Source: an uncultured Acidobacteriota bacterium | GTDB taxonomy: Bacteria; Acidobacteriota; Vicinamibacteria; Vicinamibacterales; UBA8438 | Length of the DNA: 64,000 nt | Assembly: GCA_913043225.1 (NCBI GenBank) | Contig: CAJWLU010000002.1 | Span: 64,001-128,000, forward strand | Direction: 5' to 3' | Part shown: in pieces, positions 58,870 through 64,000 of the stretch | Layout: each line of letters starts with the position of its first letter | How positions within the stretch are numbered: position 1 is the first letter of the stretch | Translations under genes and position numbers: made by a program | The notes under the pieces: model-generated | Seen by the model: only the letters and a program-made list of their open reading frames with translations | Databases searched by the model: none | Told to the model about the DNA's origin: nothing

Positions 58870-61212
58870 GTGCCCCTCCAGATCCAGCGTCGACTGCACT
58901 TTGGGCGGTGTCTGGTCCTGGTCTGTCTGGGCTGGCTCCTTGTCGCCTCTGTTTCTACACCGGCCCGCGCCCAGATCGATGAGGAGCGTCTTGACCTCAT
59001 CGACGGATTGATCCTGGAAGCGATCCAAGACGGGAACCTACCTGGCGCGGTTGTCCTGGTGGGCCATCAGGGGGAAGTGGTCTATCGTCGGGCGTTTGGC
59101 GAGCGGAACGTCGTGGGCGTCCGCGAGCCGATGACGCTCGACACGATCTTCGACATTGCGTCGCTGACCAAGGTGGTGGCCACCACCAGCGCCGTGATGA
59201 CGATGGTCGAGGATGGTCGGCTCCGGCTACGTGACCGTGTCGCCAACCACTTGCCTAACTTTGACCGACACGGCAAGGGCCCGATCACGATCGAGCATCT
59301 CCTGACACATACCTCAGGGTTGCGTCCCGATCTCCCGCTCGAGGAGGTCTTTCTCGGGGCAGACGAGGCCGTCGCCAGGATGCTTGAGGAGTTGCCCGAG
59401 GCTGCCCCCGGCGAGCGGTTCATCTATAGCGACCTGAACTTCATGCTTCTTGCCGAGATCGTGGAGCGTGTTGCTGAGATGCCGTTCGAGGAATTCGTTC
59501 GAGAACGCGTCTTCGAACCGCTGGGGATGCGAGACACCATGTTTCTTCCTTCGGCCTCGCTGACATCCCGAATTGCCCCCACCGAACCTTGCGTTCCGCT
59601 GGCCTGGCCCTGCGGAGGACCGGGTGCTGAGATGCTGCGCGGACGGGTGCATGACCCGACCGCACGCCGCATGGAGGGCGTGGCCGGCCACGCGGGGCTG
59701 TTTTCCACCGCCGATGACCTGGCTCGGTTTTCACTCATGCTGCTCGGGGGCGGCGAACTGGACGGAAACAGGGTGTTGAGCGGGGCATCAGTGGCTCGCA
59801 TGACCGAGGTGTCTACGCCGCTGGGCATGGCTGATCGTCGTGGTCTGGGTTGGGACATCGACTCACGCTTCTCGTCCAACCGAGGTGCGCTGTTCGGGAC
59901 CGGTTCGTTCGGACATACCGGCTTTACCGGTACCTCGCTCTGGTTGGATCCGGCATCGGGAACCTTCGTCGTGTTTCTTTCCCACCGTGTACATCCGGAC
60001 GGGGAGGGGACCGTGACGGCCTTGCGAGGGAGGGTGGCGACGGTGGCGGCCTCGGCCATCAGAGACCGGCCCTTCCGAGTGGCCCCGCGCGTGTCGGCCG
60101 GGGTGGACGTGCTCCGAGACCGAGGGTTCGACCGGCTAGCCGGACAGCGGGTTGGGTTGGTGACGAACCAGACCGGCCAGACACGCGACGGCCGTTCGAC
60201 CATCGACCTGTTCCACGACGCGCCGGACGTTGACCTGCACGTGTTGTTCAGTCCAGAGCATGGCATTCGCGGGGCTGAGGACGGTCCAGTGGCGTCCGGC
60301 CGGGACGCGCGAACTGGACTACCGGTCCACTCGCTCTACGGTGACACTCGTCGACCCACGACTGAAGCGCTGGACGGGCTGGACACCTTGGTGGTTGATC
60401 TGCAGGACGTCGGAGCGCGTTTCTACACGTACGCCGCCACGACTGCCTACGTGCTCGAGGCGGCGGCGCGGCATGGACTCCGAGTGGTCGTGCTCGACCG
60501 CCCGAACCCGATCGGCGGACGAATCGAGGGACCACTCCTCGATGAACGTCATCTCGGCTTCACCGGTTACGTCTCAGCGCCGACCCGTCATGGCTTGACG
60601 CTGGGTGAGTTGGCAAGACTCTTCAATGGCGAGCGTAGCATCGACGCGGAGCTAGAGGTGGTGCCGGTTCGCGGCTGGACCCGCAACCGGTGGTTTGACG
60701 AGACCGGTCTCCGATGGGTAAACCCCTCTCCAAACATGCGGAATCTGCATCAGGCGTTGCTGTACCCAGGCGTGGGCGGGATCGAAGGGACTAATCTGTC
60801 GGTTGGGCGAGGTACCGATACGCCGTTCGAGCAGATCGGCGCACCGTGGATCGATGGGCCGGTGTTGGCCGAGGCCTTGAACGCGGTCGGGGTTCCCGGG
60901 GTGCGCGTGTACCCGCTGAGCTTCACACCCACTGCGAGCCGCTACGCGGGAGAACGGTGCGGCGGGGTTTTCTTCGTGGTGACCGATCGCGAGCGGTTCG
61001 AGCCGGTACGGTTCGGACTTGAGATCGCCGTAGCGCTGTGGCGCCTCCACGGCGACATTTTCGAGCTTGACGCGACCGAGCGGCTGCTCGGGTCGGCCGA
61101 GGTCTTGGCGGCGATTGAGCGGGGAACACCAACCTGGGAAATCGCCGCGTCATGGGCCGAGGGAGAGGCGCGGTGGCGCCGACTTATCGCCCCGTATCTA
61201 CTCTACGATTGA
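58870..61212 (+). CDS. Fusion of a beta-lactamase-family serine hydrolase and exo-beta-N-acetylmuramidase NamZ (DUF1343)
   Basis: SLTK, YSD, GHTGFTG; then GLVTNQTG, FSPEHG, DLQDVGARFYTY, DRPNP, PSPNM, SVGRGT. Confidence 0.9.
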   Translation: MPLQIQRRLHFGRCLVLVCLGWLLVASVSTPARAQIDEERLDLIDGLILEAIQDGNLPGAVVLVGHQGEVVYRRAFGERNVVGVREPMTLDTIFDIASLTKVVATTSAVMTMVEDGRLRLRDRVANHLPNFDRHGKGPITIEHLLTHTSGLRPDLPLEEVFLGADEAVARMLEELPEAAPGERFIYSDLNFMLLAEIVERVAEMPFEEFVRERVFEPLGMRDTMFLPSASLTSRIAPTEPCVPLAWPCGGPGAEMLRGRVHDPTARRMEGVAGHAGLFSTADDLARFSLMLLGGGELDGNRVLSGASVARMTEVSTPLGMADRRGLGWDIDSRFSSNRGALFGTGSFGHTGFTGTSLWLDPASGTFVVFLSHRVHPDGEGTVTALRGRVATVAASAIRDRPFRVAPRVSAGVDVLRDRGFDRLAGQRVGLVTNQTGQTRDGRSTIDLFHDAPDVDLHVLFSPEHGIRGAEDGPVASGRDARTGLPVHSLYGDTRRPTTEALDGLDTLVVDLQDVGARFYTYAATTAYVLEAAARHGLRVVVLDRPNPIGGRIEGPLLDERHLGFTGYVSAPTRHGLTLGELARLFNGERSIDAELEVVPVRGWTRNRWFDETGLRWVNPSPNMRNLHQALLYPGVGGIEGTNLSVGRGTDTPFEQIGAPWIDGPVLAEALNAVGVPGVRVYPLSFTPTASRYAGERCGGVFFVVTDRERFEPVRFGLEIAVALWRLHGDIFELDATERLLGSAEVLAAIERGTPTWEIAASWAEGEARWRRLIAPYLLYD

Positions 61213-62460
61213 GGCGTGGTGCGGTTTGCCGTTCGACGGCGACTCGGCCTCGGCGCTTTGCTTGGTCAGATACATTGCCTCGTCCGCTTCCCGGATGCGG
61301 TTCATGATGTCGTCGTCGTGTGTTTCGACGTCCGAGCATCCGACACTGAGTCCAACTCCGGTCGGGAGCCCAGAAGTTGCCAGCGCTTCCCTGAACGACC
61401 GGCGCAGGTCCGCGCCCTTCTTTCGTGCCTCGTCGAGGTTGCACGAGAGCAGCAGTAGAAACTCGTCCCCGCCCCAGCGAAAGACGTAGTCCGATTCACG
61501 CACGTTGCGCCGAAGGAAAAGCGCGACATACTCGAGCAGCCGGTCGCCTGCCTCGTGCCCGAGGGAGTCGTTCACCATCTTGAAGTGATCGATGTCGATG
61601 AACAGGATCGACAGCGGCACGTCATAGCGCTGTTGCCGCTGAAGCTCTCGTTTGATCACTTCATGAAAGAACCGACGGTTGTGGCAGCCGGTCAGCGCGT
61701 CGGTGATGGCCATCTCCCGCAGTTCCGCCTGGGTCTCCTGCAGGCGCCGGTTGGCGAGTCGAAGCTCGAAGGTCATCTCTTCGAAGACCAGCAAGTGCAT
61801 GCCTAGCGCCGCGAACAGAAACAGGAGCCCGTTGACCACGATCAGCTCGGATGGGACCGTCGCAGCCAACCCACGGACGAGGGTGATCCCGATCCAGGTC
61901 TGGGTGACCGCGGCCAGCAACAGGGCTACCCCGATGACGCCGGCGCCCAGCAGTTGCGTCCGCTGCAGTATGCCCAGGTAGGCCAACCCACCGCCGACGA
62001 GCAGCGCCGAGGCGATCAGGTACCCGGGCAACACGGCTTGGGCAGGGTCCAGCGACAGCGGGCTGAGCACGCACCACGTCAGCACCGGGATGAACAGGAG
62101 GAGATAGCGCCGGCCGGGCCACCGCCGCTCCTTAAACGTGGTGGCGCTCAGCGCGATGGCGGCAATTGCCACGAGGGACAGCGCTCGGGCGAGGCCGAAT
62201 CCAAGGGTGTCGAGCACAGCTGTGCCGTGGTCGCGCCCACTGAGTGTGAGCGATCCGGTCAGAGAGGCCCACGCTACGACCCACTGCAGGATGTAGAGCC
62301 GACGACGGAAGACGTAGAGGAGGGTGACTAGTGCCGAGACCACCATCGTGCCAAGCATCCCGAGGTGGGTCGGGTCGGCAATGCCGAAGGCGCCGGCGGG
62401 AAACAGCTCTATCTCGTCCACGTGCAGGGCGTGGCAGCACGCCAGCACTAGGCTGGGCAC
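61198..62460 (-). CDS. Membrane-bound diguanylate cyclase
   Basis: About 7 TMs, coiled coil, DALTG..NRR, RESD I-site, GGDEF; start uncertain. Confidence 0.9.
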   Translation of the reverse strand: MPSLVLACCHALHVDEIELFPAGAFGIADPTHLGMLGTMVVSALVTLLYVFRRRLYILQWVVAWASLTGSLTLSGRDHGTAVLDTLGFGLARALSLVAIAAIALSATTFKERRWPGRRYLLLFIPVLTWCVLSPLSLDPAQAVLPGYLIASALLVGGGLAYLGILQRTQLLGAGVIGVALLLAAVTQTWIGITLVRGLAATVPSELIVVNGLLFLFAALGMHLLVFEEMTFELRLANRRLQETQAELREMAITDALTGCHNRRFFHEVIKRELQRQQRYDVPLSILFIDIDHFKMVNDSLGHEAGDRLLEYVALFLRRNVRESDYVFRWGGDEFLLLLSCNLDEARKKGADLRRSFREALATSGLPTGVGLSVGCSDVETHDDDIMNRIREADEAMYLTKQSAEAESPSNGKPHHASIVE

Positions 62461-62511
62461 CGCCTGGGCTGATCATACGTCGCGCCGGTCCGGCGGAAAG
62501 CGGTCGATGCT

Positions 62512-62928
62512 CTAGAGCTGGTAGAGCATCCAGTAGACGATCACGCCAGTCACCGAAACGTAGAGCCAGATCGGCATGGTCCATCGCGCGATGGCCGCGT
62601 GGCGCCGGTCGTCGCGAATGAGGCCCCGGCGAAGGGTGATTAAGGCCAGGGGGAGAATCGCGGCAGCCAGGATGATGTGGGAGATCAGGATCGTGAAGTA
62701 GACGACCCGGATTGTCCCCTCCTCCGTGAATGGCTGTGAGCCGACCTGCGCGTGGTAGATGAGGTAGGAGATCAAGAACAGGGTCGAGACACCAAAGGCG
62801 GCCAGCATGCAGCGACGGTGAAGCTCAATTTGGCGACGGGTGATCAGGACCCATCCGGCGGTTAGCAGCAACGCCGCGATACCGTTAAGGGTGGCGTTGA
62901 GCACGGGCAACTGGTTGACTTCGAGCAT
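62512..62928 (-). CDS. DUF420 membrane protein (CtaM-like)
   Basis: LP.LNA.LN, H...M, FL.SYL.YH, LISH..LA, W..PIWLYVS.TG. Confidence 0.88.
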   Translation of the reverse strand: MLEVNQLPVLNATLNGIAALLLTAGWVLITRRQIELHRRCMLAAFGVSTLFLISYLIYHAQVGSQPFTEEGTIRVVYFTILISHIILAAAILPLALITLRRGLIRDDRRHAAIARWTMPIWLYVSVTGVIVYWMLYQL

Positions 62929-62938
62929 GGCGATTAGC

Positions 62939-63826
62939 CTACCAGAGGCTGTCCAGCAGCAGGAGTCCCCAGGCCAGAGGCAGGTAACCCAGTGTGGCCC
63001 GGAAGAGATCGCGTGCCCGCTCAACCGTCGGACCCTCGGCGAATCTCAGCGCCAGCGCCAGTAGCAGCATGTCCATGACCACCACGCCTACCGCGTAAGT
63101 CCCTCCCGCCAGACCGGTCCAGGCGGGCCCGAGGCTGGCGGGGATGAGGAGTATGGTGTAGACCATGAGGTGACGGGTAAGATGCACACCGCTCGGGTCA
63201 ACGACGGCCAGCAGCGGAAGCCCCGAACGCTCGAAGTCTTCTCGATAGAGCCACGTCAGCGCCAGGAAATGTGGCAGCTGCCAGACGAAAACTACCCAGA
63301 AGAGTGCCCAGGCTTGGGCGGTCAACGGCGCCACCGCGACCCACCCGATTACGACCGGGAGAGCGCCGGGGATGGCTCCCACCAGCAGTGCCCAGTGGGA
63401 CCGACGCTTGAGCGGTGTGTAGATCACGACGTAGCTAAACAGAGTGGCCATGGCCACGACCGCAGCCGTGGGGTTCACGAGTGTTGCCAGCTGGGTCAGC
63501 CCCACCAGAGCGACCGCGACCGCGAACCATACTGCCTCGCCCGCCTGTAGCCGCCGAGCGGGAAGCGGTCGGGTGCGCGTGCGGGTCATCCGCTCGTCGA
63601 GGTCGATCTCGGCAGTTTGATTGAGCGCGGCCGCTCCGCCTGCCACTAGCGCCGACCCGATGGCGGTATGAGTGAGAAGCACCGGATCCAGCGGCCCGGA
63701 TCGCGCGGCGAGGTACCCGACGCCAGCGGTCACGACCACGAGCGAGTTGAGGCGTGGTTTGGTCAGCGCCAGGAAGTCGAGCAGGCGGTGACGCGGTGTG
63801 TCGAGGGCCGCGGCCCCGGTCTTCAT
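62939..63826 (-). CDS. ctaB: Protoheme IX farnesyltransferase (heme o synthase)
   Basis: LTKPR, D..M.RT..RPLP, YTPLKR, GA.PGA.P..IGW, WQLPHF. Confidence 0.92.
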   Translation of the reverse strand: MKTGAAALDTPRHRLLDFLALTKPRLNSLVVVTAGVGYLAARSGPLDPVLLTHTAIGSALVAGGAAALNQTAEIDLDERMTRTRTRPLPARRLQAGEAVWFAVAVALVGLTQLATLVNPTAAVVAMATLFSYVVIYTPLKRRSHWALLVGAIPGALPVVIGWVAVAPLTAQAWALFWVVFVWQLPHFLALTWLYREDFERSGLPLLAVVDPSGVHLTRHLMVYTILLIPASLGPAWTGLAGGTYAVGVVVMDMLLLALALRFAEGPTVERARDLFRATLGYLPLAWGLLLLDSLW

Positions 63827-63885
63827 GCGTGGGCTCCGGGGGGGGGCGTCATACGCATGGCCCCGACGACGAAGGGTAAGGAACA

Positions 63886-63920
63886 GGCCGGCCAGACGCC
63901 TGGTCGGCGTCCGGCCGGTC
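63886..63920 (-). terminator. Strong intergenic hairpin upstream of ctaB
   Basis: 15-bp imperfect stem GGCCGGCCAGACGCC/GGCGTCCGGCCGGTC with a 5-nt loop; only a weak U tract. Confidence 0.35.
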
Positions 63921-63946
63921 GACGAACGAACGGAGAGCGCCGCTGT

Positions 63947-64000
63947 TTATGGCGCGGTGAACGTGAAGGAGACCTCGGCGGTCTGGCCGGTGGCCACGGT
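63947..64000 (-). CDS. 3' end of a gene cut by the window edge
   Basis: TVATGQTAEVSFTFTAP*, a beta-strand-like C-terminus. Confidence 0.45.
   Translation of the reverse strand, partial: TVATGQTAEVSFTFTAP

Noticed and set aside
63838..63846. Poly-G run upstream of ctaB as a phase-variation tract
   Set aside because: Intergenic, not between recognisable promoter boxes, and unremarkable at this GC content
1..64000. CRISPR arrays, tRNA/rRNA genes, intact transposases, prophage or defence genes
   Set aside because: None recognised by eye; a divergent RNA gene could have been missed without covariance-model searches

Overview
GC-rich (roughly 65%, estimated by eye) bacterial chromosomal segment. 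Protein families and gene style suggest Acidobacteriota, class Vicinamibacteria; this is an inference and was not checked by search. Most of the window is housekeeping: sdhCAB, an E2 acyltransferase with lipB, queF, HU, mutY-mutT, pduO, hpnCDE-thiI, def, long-form thyX, a Bacillus-like fadR-fadN-fadA-fadE operon with a clear FadR operator, a serine hydrolase-NamZ fusion, a GGDEF cyclase and ctaB. No tRNA, rRNA, CRISPR array or intact mobile element was recognised. Most notable: (1) a Cj1418-like L-glutamine kinase plus a Cj1415-like kinase (phosphoramidate pathway module) between two DegT aminotransferases, without the two middle pathway genes in this window; (2) an unannotated ~181-nt rod-shaped RNA candidate (6S-like) starting 6 nt after a TATAAT box; (3) a multi-hairpin RNA candidate with C-rich loops upstream of fadR; (4) about 11 gene remnants in the apparent intergenic gaps, four from signalling genes (ECF sigma, Ser/Thr kinase, response regulator/histidine kinase chimera, HD-GYP); (5) two intact ORFs lacking catalytic residues (MDH-like protein; alpha/beta hydrolase with Ser->Ala); (6) an iodotyrosine-deiodinase-type nitroreductase; (7) recurrent leaderless-gene architecture. 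All family calls rest on motif recognition by eye, without database searches.
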